A DNA stretch of 64,000 bases from contig CAVXWZ010000005.1 in NCBI GenBank assembly GCA_963765575.1, forward strand, positions 109,629 through 173,628. Reading direction: 5' to 3'. Positions 47,184 to 57,532 of the stretch are shown here, piece after piece; positions within the stretch are counted from its first letter, which is position 1, and each line of letters begins with the position of its first letter. The notes beneath the pieces were generated by a model. It was not told the origin of the DNA and searched no databases. It saw nothing but the letters and a program-made list of their open reading frames with translations. Position numbers and translations under genes: made by a program. This stretch comes from an uncultured cyanobacterium. GTDB taxonomy: Bacteria; Cyanobacteriota; Cyanobacteriia; PCC-6307; Cyanobiaceae.

Positions 47184-48200
47184 TCAGCCCCGCCGGGTGG
47201 CCGCTGCCAGGGCCCGGGGAGCCGGTGGGGGCAGCTGGCGCAGCCGCTCGCCGCTGCCATCGCCGGCCCGCCAGCGGCGCTGAATCCAGTAGGACTGCTC
47301 GGCGTAGGCCTGGATCCAGGGCTCCTGCCAGCGGGCCAGGGCCAGGGCCTGGGCCGTCAGGCCCGCCTCAGCTGGCTGGGGTGGCAGGGGCGGGCCGCAG
47401 ATCAGCCGGAAGCGGCCATCGTCCTCGCGCACGTGGGCCACGGGAAACAGCACCGCCCCGGTTTTCTGCGACAGCGCCAGGGGTGTGCGCAGCACCCGCG
47501 TGCTCAGGCCCAGCACGTCCACCGGCAGCGGGTTGCGCTGACCGTAGAGATCGGTCATCACCACCAGCGCCCCACCCCCGTGGAGCCACTCCAGCATCGA
47601 GCGGGCATCGAACTGGGAGATCCAGTGGCAATCGCTGTTGGCACTGCGGGCGGCGTTCAGCAGCCGGTCGGCTTCGGGGTTGTGGGCCGGCCGGTAGATC
47701 ACCGCCAGCTCGCCCAGGTGCTCGCTCAGCCAGCGCAGGCCCAGGTCCCAGCAGCCCAGGTGCAGGGAGGCGATGATCACGCCCTGATCGCGGCGGCGCG
47801 GCGCCAGCAGTTGGGCCAGTCCCTCGCCTTCGGCCTGGATCCGTTCCGCTGCCACCGGCTCGATGATCGATTCCAGGCAGGAGAGCAGAAAGCCCTCCAG
47901 CGACCGCTCTGCCAGCCGCCGCCGCTGCAGCGGCGTGAGCCCATCGCCGTACACGCGCTTGATGTTGGCGCGGGCGGTCGCCAGCTGGCGGTTCAGCAGC
48001 GGCCGGCCCCATTGGACCACCCGGCGGATGCCGCGGCGGATGGTGGCGTGACGGCGGCCGTGGAGCAGCTGCAGCAGCAGCTTCAGAAGCATGGCCTCGG
48101 CCTGCCAGCGCAGCCGCTGCCAGCGTGAGGCCTGGGTCCAACGGCGCCGCCGGCGTGGCGTGCGGGAGCGTGGGATGGGCTGGGTTAGCGTCTCGATCAC
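47184..48200 (-). CDS. Lipid A lauroyl (LpxL-like) / lysophospholipid acyltransferase
   Basis: HLGCWD (HX4D), IYRPAHNP, EQSYWIQRRW. Start uncertain. Confidence 0.8.
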   Translation of the reverse strand: MIETLTQPIPRSRTPRRRRRWTQASRWQRLRWQAEAMLLKLLLQLLHGRRHATIRRGIRRVVQWGRPLLNRQLATARANIKRVYGDGLTPLQRRRLAERSLEGFLLSCLESIIEPVAAERIQAEGEGLAQLLAPRRRDQGVIIASLHLGCWDLGLRWLSEHLGELAVIYRPAHNPEADRLLNAARSANSDCHWISQFDARSMLEWLHGGGALVVMTDLYGQRNPLPVDVLGLSTRVLRTPLALSQKTGAVLFPVAHVREDDGRFRLICGPPLPPQPAEAGLTAQALALARWQEPWIQAYAEQSYWIQRRWRAGDGSGERLRQLPPPAPRALAAATRRG

Positions 48201-48272
<72 letters not shown>

Positions 48273-48524
48273 TCCTGGTTGATCGCGCGGTTTGCGCTGA
48301 GGCATCGCCAGGCTTCGGGCCTGAGCCATCCAGCTTGGCATCGCCGGGTTGGCCGGCTGGCGCGACCCTCCACCGCCATCTCCTCAGCCATGTTTGATCC
48401 CGTGTCCGCTGCTGTTGCGTTGCTGCCAGTTCGGTTTGAGGTGCCAGTATCTATGGCCAGCCTGTTTCAGAGGGCGAGTGTGTCTCGAACAGGCAATCTG
48501 AATCAACCCGTGGACTGACGAGCG

Positions 48525-49037
48525 ATGGCCATTGCTGTTGATAAAATTACGGACAAGCGCTGGGCCCGAAAGCTGTGGAAGTTTTCGGGAAAGGATGGGG
48601 TTGTTGACTATTGGATCAATGATACGGGTCGATTTGACATGCTCGAGATATCCCGCAAGGAGTCTCGTTTTGTGCGCAAGACCCTTGATCGCCTCGACAC
48701 CATCACAGGGCTGCGATTCAAGGAGCGGTCGGGCCCCCGAAGAACCGATCTCGACATCCACAGTGCCGAGAACCTGCGCTCCAATGTCGTGGGGTCTGCA
48801 TCGTTAAGAAATGGCTGGTTTGATGTGCTCTGGAAGGATCGGGGCGGCCGGGATCTGACCCGGCGAGAAAAGTCCACCATTCGCCACGAGCTGGCCCATG
48901 TGCTGGGGCTCGATCATCCCGATGGCAATGGATTCAACCGCCGCTATGACTCCAGAGACACCATCATGTCCTACAACAAAGATGGTTTCTCCAATTACAC
49001 GGCTTCAGACATCAAGGCGCTTCAGGCCCTCTGGTAA
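48525..49037 (+). CDS. Small metzincin (matrixin-like) metallopeptidase
   Basis: HELAHVLGLDHP (HExxHxxGxxH) and Met-turn DTIMSY; visibly more AT-rich than the flanks. Confidence 0.85.
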   Translation: MAIAVDKITDKRWARKLWKFSGKDGVVDYWINDTGRFDMLEISRKESRFVRKTLDRLDTITGLRFKERSGPRRTDLDIHSAENLRSNVVGSASLRNGWFDVLWKDRGGRDLTRREKSTIRHELAHVLGLDHPDGNGFNRRYDSRDTIMSYNKDGFSNYTASDIKALQALW

Positions 49038-49076
49038 CGCCGGAGCCATCAGCCGTTGGCCGTCGGCCACAAGCCA

Positions 49077-49883
49077 TCACCAGCCCAGCAGCTCCTCCAG
49101 GCCGCGGATATCGCTGAGCAGCCCCGCACCCGGCGGTAGCAGGGCCTGATCGCTGGGGCGGTACTTGCCGGTCTGCACCAGTGCCGCCTGCAGGCCGCAG
49201 GCCATGGCCCCGGCCACGTCGGCCTCCACGTCGTCGCCCACCATCAGGCAGCGCTCGGGGGGCAGCCCCAGCGATTGCACCAGCTCCCGGTAGAAGGCAG
49301 GCGCAGGCTTGCCCATCACGGTGGCGCTGCAGCCGGCGCCGTATTCCAGTGCCCGGATGAAGGCGCCGGCATCGAGCAGCCAGCGGCCGCCCTCGCGGAA
49401 GCGGCGGTTCATGCCGATGCCGATCAGGGGCGCCCCTTCCAGCAGCAGCTCCAGGGCCCGGGAAAGGTTGGCGTAGGAGAGCTGGTCGCGGGCATCCCCG
49501 ATCAGCACGCAGTCGGGGCGGTTGCCGGCGAGGGGGGCGTAGAGGGGCGCGATCGCCTCATGCACGAGGCAGAAGGGCTGCCGCTGCTGGCGCTGCAGCC
49601 AGCCCAGGGCCGCCAGCGGGGCGGTGAACAGTTCACCGGCCTCCACCGCGAAGCCCATGGCCTGGAGTTCGCGCTGCAGCGTGTCGTGGTGGCGGGTGGC
49701 AGTGTTGGTCACGTAGCGCACGGCCAGCCCGCGCCGGCGCGCCTCGGCCACCGTGGCCACTGCCCCGCCCACCACGCCGCCCTCGTCGTAGAGCACGCCG
49801 TTGAGGTCGAGCAGCAGGGCCGCGGGCACCGTCGCCTTGCTGTCCACGCCGGCGCCAGTCCCGGCGGCGATCCCAGCGCCCAT
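49077..49883 (-). CDS. HAD-superfamily class IIA hydrolase (LHPP/HDHD2-like)
   Basis: LLLDLNGVLY, YVTNT, MGKP, MVGDDVEADVAGA, VQTGKY. Confidence 0.9.
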   Translation of the reverse strand: MGAGIAAGTGAGVDSKATVPAALLLDLNGVLYDEGGVVGGAVATVAEARRRGLAVRYVTNTATRHHDTLQRELQAMGFAVEAGELFTAPLAALGWLQRQQRQPFCLVHEAIAPLYAPLAGNRPDCVLIGDARDQLSYANLSRALELLLEGAPLIGIGMNRRFREGGRWLLDAGAFIRALEYGAGCSATVMGKPAPAFYRELVQSLGLPPERCLMVGDDVEADVAGAMACGLQAALVQTGKYRPSDQALLPPGAGLLSDIRGLEELLGW

Positions 49884-50041
49884 CGGCTGTCACCTTCTGC
49901 GTGGCTGGCCCCAGCCTGGCGGGGCTGGGCGGTGAAGGTTGTGATGCTGTTGTCGACCGCTGATTTGCCGCATCGATGCCGCCGGCCGGGTGGCGATTGC
50001 CGAGGCAATCGCTAGGCTCAAGTTGGCAACATTTGGATGCC

Positions 50042-50374
50042 ATGTCCCACCCCACCGCTGCCAGTGTCGGCGGCTGCCCCTGGGAGCTTGTGGAGCATGC
50101 CCTGCAGCGGGAACAGGAGCACCGGCAGGCGCCGTTGTTCGGCAGCTGGCGTCAGGTGGACGCCATCCGCAACGGCACGGACGCCCAGGGCAACACCTTC
50201 ATCGAATGGGTGGTGTTGGAGGTCGACCTGCTGGGTCTGGAGCGCCAACGGCGCCACATCGCCTATCGGGTGGCGTGCCCCGAATGCGGCCAGCCGATGG
50301 CCTCCGGTCCGCGCCGCTGCCGCCACTGCGACAGCCGCCAGGACCAGGCCGCCCGCCAGCGGCATCCGCGCTAG
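50042..50374 (+). CDS. Hypothetical protein with a C-terminal zinc-ribbon-like motif
   Basis: CPECG...CRHC; coding-like codon usage. Confidence 0.6.
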   Translation: MSHPTAASVGGCPWELVEHALQREQEHRQAPLFGSWRQVDAIRNGTDAQGNTFIEWVVLEVDLLGLERQRRHIAYRVACPECGQPMASGPRRCRHCDSRQDQAARQRHPR

Positions 50375-50524
50375 CAGGGCCGTTGGCGCCATGCGAAAGC
50401 CCGGGGTGGGGCCCCCGGGCAGGGTTCGCGTGGTGTGGGGAAGGTCCTGACGCAGGCGCCTGGGGCCATGGGATCCAGATGGGTTTCCGTTGGCCCGGGG
50501 GCACCTGGGACGGTGCATCGGGGT

Positions 50525-50755
50525 TGGCCCGCTCACAGGGGGCGGGTCTGGAAACCGGAGGTCGTCGGAGACTGTTGGAGCAGGGGCCGGAGCGTCAGGG
50601 CACTCCTCACATCGAAGCGGACATCGGAGCGGCGGTGCGCTCCTGATGGCGGCTGGGGGGGGGAGCCCCTGGGGGCCGCTGGGATCAGCATCGGACGAGG
50701 GGCTGCTTTCAGCAAGGGCTGTTGCCGCCGCCGACACGGCTCTTCACCGCCGGCA
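50525..50755 (+). pseudogene. Possible highly decayed GGDEF-domain remnant
   Basis: Fragments in GGDEF order across shifting frames: PLTG..GNRR, AVRS, WGGE, ISIG, AAADTALHR. Confidence 0.3.
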
Positions 50756-50912
50756 ACAGCCCTTCATCAAGGCACCGTCATCAAGGCCCTGATGCAGGCC
50801 CCTCATGAAGGCCCCCTCATGAAGGCCGTGGCCTACCGGCTGGTCTATGTCTGGCTGCCGGCGCCGGAGGGCTGATTAGCATCTCGCGGCCTGAACACCG
50901 GGAGGTGGCGCC

Positions 50913-51794
50913 ATGGCCAGCCAGTGGCAGAACTTCCAGCGCAACCTGGGCGCCTGGCGGGGGTCGTTCACCAACCTGGATGCCGAGGGCCAGCCGCAGG
51001 CGTCCACGCCCTCGCTGCTCACCCTCACCAGCGCCGAGGAGGGCCGGATGGTGCACTTCCGGCTGCAGCGGTTCGCCGGCGCGCACGCCGGTGCGCCTCC
51101 CACCCAGGACACCGCCCAGGAGTACCGGACCCTGGGCAAGCAGGTGGTGTTCTTCGACAACGGCAGCTTCTGCAAGGGTTCGCTGCAGATCGCGCCAGCC
51201 ACCCGCTTCGGCGCCGAATACGGCTTCATCAGCGGCGATCGCCGTCACCGCCTGGTGCAGTTGTTCGCGGAGGATGGAATCTTCACCTCCCTGGTGCTGA
51301 TCCGTGAGTTCCGTGCCGGCAGCGACGCGGCTGAACGCCCGCCCCTCCGCCTGGAGCAGCTGTGCGGCCGCTGGCAGGGCCAGGCAGCCACGATCGAGGC
51401 CGACTGGCCCGAGCCCACCCTGGTGAGCGCCACCATCGCCGTGGACCAGCCCGACCCCCACAACCTGCGCCTCGAGACCCAGCTGGGCCCGGAGTCCACC
51501 GTGGTGACGGCCCGCCTGGCGGCCGACTCGGCTGGCCCCTGTTACAGCGCCGAAGGCCTGGGCGGCGATGGCCCCAGCGGTGAGAGCTCCAGCGACGCCG
51601 ACCAGCCTGGGCTGTTGCTGCTGCTGCCTGATGGTGGCCTCAGCCTGGCGCCGTTGCGCATCAGCCACCGCCGGGGCTTCCGCGTGGAGGCGGGCTGGCT
51701 GGAATCCCCCCACTGCTGGCAGCGGCTGATTCGCCGCTACGGCCCGCGTGGCCAGTGGCTCTCCGCCACGCTGATCACCGCCCAGCGCGTCTGA
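50913..51794 (+). CDS. DUF3598-type beta-barrel protein
   Basis: SQWQNFQRNLGAWRGSFT, FFDNGSFCKGSLQ, LLLPDGG, EAGWL...RLIRRY. Confidence 0.8.
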   Translation: MASQWQNFQRNLGAWRGSFTNLDAEGQPQASTPSLLTLTSAEEGRMVHFRLQRFAGAHAGAPPTQDTAQEYRTLGKQVVFFDNGSFCKGSLQIAPATRFGAEYGFISGDRRHRLVQLFAEDGIFTSLVLIREFRAGSDAAERPPLRLEQLCGRWQGQAATIEADWPEPTLVSATIAVDQPDPHNLRLETQLGPESTVVTARLAADSAGPCYSAEGLGGDGPSGESSSDADQPGLLLLLPDGGLSLAPLRISHRRGFRVEAGWLESPHCWQRLIRRYGPRGQWLSATLITAQRV

Positions 51795-51954
51795 GGGACG
51801 CCGGGGGCCGGTGGCGCCAGGCGCCAGGACCTGCCGCCAGCTCAGGGAGCTCTCCGCCAACGAGGAGGCCTCGTTCACGCTCCGGGATCAGATCAGCGCG
51901 GCCCGCCTGCGGCAGATTGGCAGCGGACGTGTGGCTCCGAGGACAGCACCGCCG

Positions 51955-52188
51955 ATGCAATCCCGACTGATTTACACGGCTGTTGTGGCGGCGCTGGCGG
52001 GCTGGCTGCTCTCCGACGAGGCGGCACCAGCCCTGCAGGGCTGGCTGCGGGCCGCCCTGGGGTGGAGCGCCGAGCGCGTCCCCCAGCTGGGGCTGACGAC
52101 CGCGGTGCCGGGCCTGGACCTGGCCACCACGGTGCTGGCGATCCTGCTGCTGCTGTTCATTCCGGTGATGTGGCTCAAGCCCCACTGA
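51955..52188 (+). CDS. Small two-TM membrane protein
   Basis: MQSRLIYTAVVAALAGWLL...TVLAILLLLFIPVMWLKPH. Confidence 0.55.
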   Translation: MQSRLIYTAVVAALAGWLLSDEAAPALQGWLRAALGWSAERVPQLGLTTAVPGLDLATTVLAILLLLFIPVMWLKPH

Positions 52189-52221
52189 TTTCCCGGCCCA
52201 CTGATTTCCCGGCCCACTGAT
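52181..52221 (+). repeat. 16-bp tandem repeat (2.6 copies) starting at a stop codon
   Basis: CCCACTGATTTCCCGG at 52181 and 52197, partial copy at 52213. Confidence 0.92.
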
Positions 52222-52238
52222 CGCCTGCGCGGCGGGGA

Positions 52239-54932
52239 TCAGCGCTTGGTCACCTCGCCGGTGGTGGGATCGCAGCGCTCCGCCATCCAGGCCACCGGCA
52301 CCATCACCAGCAGGGGGGCGGCGCAGAGCAGACCCTGGCTGGCGCTCAGGGGGGCGGTGCCGAACCAGCTGTTCATCCAGCTCAGCTGGCTGAAGGCCAG
52401 CTGCAGCAGCAGGGCCGCGGCAATCCCGCCCAGCAGCATCGGCGCCCGCGCCGGCGCCCGCAGCAGCTGCCGCCAGCCACCCTTGCTCACCTGGCTGATG
52501 CTCACCAGATAGGCCACCTGGGCCAGCACCAGCGCCTGGATCGCCATCGTGCGCGCCACCTCCAGCTCCTGGCCGTGGGAGCGGGCCCACAGGAACATGC
52601 CGAAGATGAACAGCCAGTAGAAGCCCGACACCAGCAGCACCTTCTGCACCAGGCCCCGGCTGAGCAGGGGCTGACCCGGGGGCCGCGGCGGCTGCTCCAT
52701 CAGCAGCGGCGGGCGGGGTTCGAAGGCCAGCGGCACCGACAGGGTGAGGGCCGAGACCATGTTCAGCCAGAGCACCTGCAGGGCGGTGACCGGCAACTCC
52801 AGCCCCAACACGGCCGCCAGCAGGATGGTCATCGAGGCGCCGCCGTTCACCGGCAGCACGAAGGCCAGGGACTTGCGCAGGTTGAGGTAAACCGCGCGGC
52901 CCTCCTCCACCGCCGCCTCGATGGTGGCGAAGTTGTCGTCGGTGAGCAGCATGGCGGCCGCCTCGCGGGCCACCTCGGTGCCGCCCCGGCCCATGGCGAT
53001 GCCGATATCGGCCTGGCGCAGGGCCGGGGCGTCGTTGACCCCATCGCCGGTCATCGCCACCACCTCCCCCAGCTCCTGCAGGGCGCGCACCAGCGCCAGC
53101 TTCTGGGTCGGCGCCACGCGCGCGAACACGTCGGTGTCGCGCACGATGGCCAGCAGCCGCTCGGGGGAGGCCGCCTCCAGCTCCGCGCCGCTGCGGGTGC
53201 GCACCTCCCCGCCCTGCCCCAGGTTGAGCTGGGTGGCGATCGTGCGGGCCGTTTGCGGATGGTCGCCGGTGATCATCTTCACGGCGATGCCCGCCCGCTG
53301 GCAGGCCGCCACCGCCGCTATGGCCTCGGGCCGCGGCGGATCGAGCATGCCCTGCAGGCCAAGAAAGGTGAGTCCCTCCTCCAGGTGGGTTTCGCGGAGC
53401 TGCTCCTGGGCGGGCGCGGCCTCGGCGAGGGCGAAGGCCAGCACCCGCTCCCCCTGGCCGGCCATGGCCGCCACGGCGGCCTTGATCGCTTCCCGGTCGA
53501 GGGGCTCCCAGTCGCCATCGGCGCGCAGCTGGCGCCGGCAGCGTTGCAGCACCGCCTCCACCGAGCCCTTCATCAGGATGCGGCGGCTGCCGTGCAGGGT
53601 GGCCATGTACTGCTGTTCGGAGGCGAAGGGGATCGCGTCGCGGCGGGGGTGTCGGTTGAGGGCCTCCTCGCGGCTCAGGCCCAGGCGGCGGGCCACATCC
53701 AGCAGGGCGGTTTCGGTGGGATCGCCCACCAGCCCCTCGGCCTGGCTGGAGCGGGCGTCGTTGCAGAGCACTCCGGCCAGCAGGGTTTCCCGCAGCGCCC
53801 GGTTGCGCGCCAGGGGATCGTCGCCGCCCGCCTCGGGCCAGAGCTGATCGAGCCGCAGCCGCTCGCCGCCGGCATGGATCTCCCGCACCGTCATGCAGTT
53901 CTGGGTGAGGGTGCCGGTCTTGTCGGCGCAGATCACCGTGGTGCTGCCCAGGGTCTCCACCGCCGGCAGCTTGCGGATGATGGCGTTGCGGCGGGCCATG
54001 CGGTTCACGCCGATGGCCAGGGTGATCGTGACGATCGCCGGCAGTTCCTCGGGGATCGCCCCCACCGCCAGGGCCACGGCGCCATCGAACATCTCGCTGG
54101 CCGCCCGTCCGCGGGCCAGACCCACCAGGAAGGTGAGGGCCGCCAGCACCAGCACGATCCGCAGCAGGGTGTTGCTGAAGCCCCGGAACTTGCGCGTCAA
54201 CGGGGTGCTGAGATTCACCTGCTGGGCCAGGGAGCTGGAGATCCGCCCCACTTCGGTGGCGTTGCCGGTGGCCACCACCAGCCCCCGCCCCTGGCCCGCC
54301 GTCACCAGGCTGCCGGCGTAGGCCATGCCGATGCGTTCGGCCAGGGGCGCTTCCGCCGCCACGGCGACGGTGCCCTTGGCCACGGGCAGCGATTCGCCGG
54401 TGAGCGCCGATTCATCGATCTGCAGGTTGCGCGCCTGCAGCAGGCGCAGATCGGCCGGCACCTTGTCGCCCGCCTGGAGCAGCACCAGATCACCGGGCAG
54501 CAGCTGCACCGAATCCAGGCGCTGGCGCCGGCCGCCGCGGATCACCTCCACCTGGGTGCGCACCGCGCGGGCCAGGGCGGCGATCGCGGTTTCCGCCCGG
54601 CTCTCCTGCACGTAGCCGATGCCAGCGTTGATCACCGTGACGCTCCAGATCACCACGGCCTCGCCCGGCTCCCCCAGCAGCAGCTTCACGGCGCCCACGG
54701 CCAGCAGCGTGTAGAGCAGGGGGTCGTGGAACTGGCCCAGAAAGCGCTGCCAGGCCGGCTGTTGCTCCTGCTGGTCGGGGCTGTTGGGCCCCCACTGCTG
54801 CTTGAGCTGGGGAACCAGCGCCGGCTCCAGGCCCCGCTCAGCGTCGCTGGCCAGGGCCGCCACCAGGGCTGGCCAGGGGATGGTGTGGGCCAGAGACCAG
54901 GTGGAAGACTCCTGAGCCGGCGGGGCAGTCAT
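52239..54932 (-). CDS. P-type IIA cation-transporting ATPase (PacL/Ca2+-ATPase-like)
   Basis: DESALTGES, DKTGTLT, MITGDHP, MTGDGVNDAPAL; TM4 motif reads IPEELP. Confidence 0.93.
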   Translation of the reverse strand: MTAPPAQESSTWSLAHTIPWPALVAALASDAERGLEPALVPQLKQQWGPNSPDQQEQQPAWQRFLGQFHDPLLYTLLAVGAVKLLLGEPGEAVVIWSVTVINAGIGYVQESRAETAIAALARAVRTQVEVIRGGRRQRLDSVQLLPGDLVLLQAGDKVPADLRLLQARNLQIDESALTGESLPVAKGTVAVAAEAPLAERIGMAYAGSLVTAGQGRGLVVATGNATEVGRISSSLAQQVNLSTPLTRKFRGFSNTLLRIVLVLAALTFLVGLARGRAASEMFDGAVALAVGAIPEELPAIVTITLAIGVNRMARRNAIIRKLPAVETLGSTTVICADKTGTLTQNCMTVREIHAGGERLRLDQLWPEAGGDDPLARNRALRETLLAGVLCNDARSSQAEGLVGDPTETALLDVARRLGLSREEALNRHPRRDAIPFASEQQYMATLHGSRRILMKGSVEAVLQRCRRQLRADGDWEPLDREAIKAAVAAMAGQGERVLAFALAEAAPAQEQLRETHLEEGLTFLGLQGMLDPPRPEAIAAVAACQRAGIAVKMITGDHPQTARTIATQLNLGQGGEVRTRSGAELEAASPERLLAIVRDTDVFARVAPTQKLALVRALQELGEVVAMTGDGVNDAPALRQADIGIAMGRGGTEVAREAAAMLLTDDNFATIEAAVEEGRAVYLNLRKSLAFVLPVNGGASMTILLAAVLGLELPVTALQVLWLNMVSALTLSVPLAFEPRPPLLMEQPPRPPGQPLLSRGLVQKVLLVSGFYWLFIFGMFLWARSHGQELEVARTMAIQALVLAQVAYLVSISQVSKGGWRQLLRAPARAPMLLGGIAAALLLQLAFSQLSWMNSWFGTAPLSASQGLLCAAPLLVMVPVAWMAERCDPTTGEVTKR

Positions 54933-54956
54933 CGCGCGGTGGTGGATGACTCGACC

Positions 54957-56225
54957 CTATTCAGCTGGGCAGGATCGCTCTGCAGCCGTGTCCGGATCCA
55001 TTCGAGCATCCTGCTGAGGATGCACCACCCGCTGCGGGAAGGGGATTTCGATGCCGTGCTCCCGGAAGGCATGCCACACGGCTGTGTTCACCTGGCTGCT
55101 GATGGACAGGGCTTTGAGGGGGTCCTCGACCCAGAAGCGCAGGGCGTATTGAATCGCCGAGTCGCCGTACCTCAGCACCAGCGCGGCGGCGGGCGGCTCG
55201 GGCAGCACTCCCGCCACCTGGGCGGCGGTGGCCTCCAGCAGGGCGGCCACCGCGGCGGGATCGTGGCGGTAGGCCGCCCCGACCAGCACCTCGCCGCGCC
55301 GCATGCGATCACTGCCGGTGTAGGTGGTGGTGGTGGTGGTGAAGAACGTCTGGTTGGGCACCACCAGTTCGGCGTTGTCGCGGTTGCGCCAGAGCACGGC
55401 AGCGCGCAGCCCAAGGCTGCGCACTTCGCAGGGATCCCCCTCAATGAAGAGGATGTCTCCCGGCCGCACCGAACCCTCAAACAGCAGCCAGAGCCCGCTG
55501 ATGAAGTTGGAGAACACCTCCTTCACGCCGAAGCCCAGGCCCACCGAGAGCCCTCCGGCCACCGTGAGGATTCCGGTGCGGTTGAGGCCGATCTGATCGA
55601 GGGTCCAGAGGATGCCAATGGCCACCATCGTGTAGCGGAGCACCAGAGCCGTAGCCCGTCTGCCGGAATCGCTGTCTCCGATCAGTCGCTGCACCAGCCA
55701 GGCCAGCCCCGCGGCGGGGGGGCCTGATCCCACCAGCAGGACGTACAACACCACCAGAGCAAAGAAGATCTGGCCCACGGTCATCTCCTCGCCGAACCAG
55801 GTCCCCAGAGGAATGAGAGCCAGGTTCTGGACGGAGGCGAACTCCTCGATCAGGATCAGCCCTGCCCCCAGCAGATACAGGGGGCGCAGCACTCCGGTGT
55901 CGAGCGCGCGTAACTGCTGGGGCGGCAGGAAGCGCCGTAGACGGCGACGCAGCACCGCAAGGCCAAACCAGCCAGCGATCAGCGCCGTCAACACCAACAT
56001 CAGCTGATGGGGCCGCCCCAGCAGGGCCAGGCCCAGCACCCACAGCCCAAGCCCCCCCAGCAGCACTAGCTGGCAGGTTCTGCTGCGCTGAGGATGGGCG
56101 TTGCGCCAGCCGCTGCTCCTGCCATAGGCGACGAGGGCCAGCAGCAAGCCGATCACCTGCAGGAGCACATCAGGGCGTTCCAGATACCCAAGCCAGGAGG
56201 CGATCTGCCGCAGCAACTCGATCAT
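54957..56225 (-). CDS. MscS-family mechanosensitive channel
   Basis: GGLSVGLGFGVKEVFSNFISGL, VRPGD, VVPN, GIEIPFPQR. Confidence 0.92.
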   Translation of the reverse strand: MIELLRQIASWLGYLERPDVLLQVIGLLLALVAYGRSSGWRNAHPQRSRTCQLVLLGGLGLWVLGLALLGRPHQLMLVLTALIAGWFGLAVLRRRLRRFLPPQQLRALDTGVLRPLYLLGAGLILIEEFASVQNLALIPLGTWFGEEMTVGQIFFALVVLYVLLVGSGPPAAGLAWLVQRLIGDSDSGRRATALVLRYTMVAIGILWTLDQIGLNRTGILTVAGGLSVGLGFGVKEVFSNFISGLWLLFEGSVRPGDILFIEGDPCEVRSLGLRAAVLWRNRDNAELVVPNQTFFTTTTTTYTGSDRMRRGEVLVGAAYRHDPAAVAALLEATAAQVAGVLPEPPAAALVLRYGDSAIQYALRFWVEDPLKALSISSQVNTAVWHAFREHGIEIPFPQRVVHPQQDARMDPDTAAERSCPAE

Positions 56226-57482
56226 CGCGGCCTGCTTTCTGGGTCGGAACGGAGCGCCTGGACCAGGTCCTCGGCCGCCTGGGAGGCATCGAGGCTGCCA
56301 TAGAGGAGCTTGGCAAGAATCCCGTTCAGGTCTTGCCGCTTACCCCGGATGGCGATAAGGCTGTCGGTGAGCTCGTGGGCGGCATCGGCCTGCTCCTGGG
56401 CTGTGAGCAGGGCGGCCAGGTTGGCCGAGCTGGCCACCGGCAAGGACACCTTGGCGCTGGCCGGCAGCTGGGCCTGGTTGCGGATCGTCAGCGTCCGCTG
56501 GATGCGGGCGCTCAGCAGGAACGGCAACATGGCCTCGGCGCCCTGTCGTTGGCGCCCGCTGGAGTTCATTCCCAGAGCCGCCACCCGCACCGAAGAGATC
56601 GGCGTGGGTGGTCCGGCCGGTCCTGCTGGCAGGGGGGCCAGCCCCAGGTCCTTCCCCAGATCGAGGCGCAGCCCGTTCACGTCGTAGCTCTTACAGGGAA
56701 TCCAGTCCAGCTCACCGGAACGCAGTCCCGCCAGCAGCTGCTGCCGGTCGTTCACCAGGGTGATCCGCTCCTGACGATCGGCCGTGCGCAACCATCCCAG
56801 CCAGGTGCTGATCCGGCCGGTCTGCTCGGCGGAGAGGGGAGCACCGGTCAGCGCCAGCCGGATGCTCTCGAGGGCGCCCAGGCTGCCCATGGTCCAGGCC
56901 CCATCGGCGGTGCTCAGGCTCAGGCCGAAGCGCTTGCCGCGACTGCTCTCGGCCAGCAGCTCCTGCAGCGTGGCGGGGGGGGTGGCGATTCGCCGCCGGT
57001 CGAAGCAGGCCAGATGGGGCTGCAGACTCACCGGCAGGGCGAACAACTGGCTCGGTGTGGCCTTGACGTAGGGAATCAGCTCCGGTCTTAGCTGGCTGCT
57101 GGTGGGGCTTGGGAACGGCAGCGGGCGGATCAGGCCCTGGCTGTAGAGCCTCTCAGCGGTGCCTCCTTGAACCAGAATTAGGTCAGGGCCCGAGGCCGGC
57201 GCGGGTGCGTCGCTTGATCTCCGCGACGATGTGGTCTTCTTCGAAGGCCATCTGCTCCAGGCGCACGCCTGGATGCAGCTCTTGAAAAGAGGCCTCCAGC
57301 TCATCCCCAAGCCTCCGGAACTCCCGCTGCAGCTTGGGATCCTGGAGCTCAGCCCGGTCCACACCGAAGGCGATGTAGAGGGTGGTGGCCAGGGGCTGTC
57401 CCGGGGCGGTGCTGGTGGGCTGCTCGGGGCTGCTGGTGGTCCGGCAGGCGGCCAGCCCGAACGCCAGCAGCAGGATCCCCAT
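56222..57482 (-). CDS. Extracellular solute-binding lipoprotein, frameshifted near 57188
   Basis: Lipobox LAAC; FQELHPGVRLE...GLGP/DLIL; ALPVS; APLPAGPAG. Removing one C restores LGPDLI. Start may be GTG at 57536. Confidence 0.8.
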
Positions 57483-57532
57483 CCACTGGATCGAGCCGGC
57501 CTTCGGTCTCCCGCCGCTCGGGCCGGCTCGGT

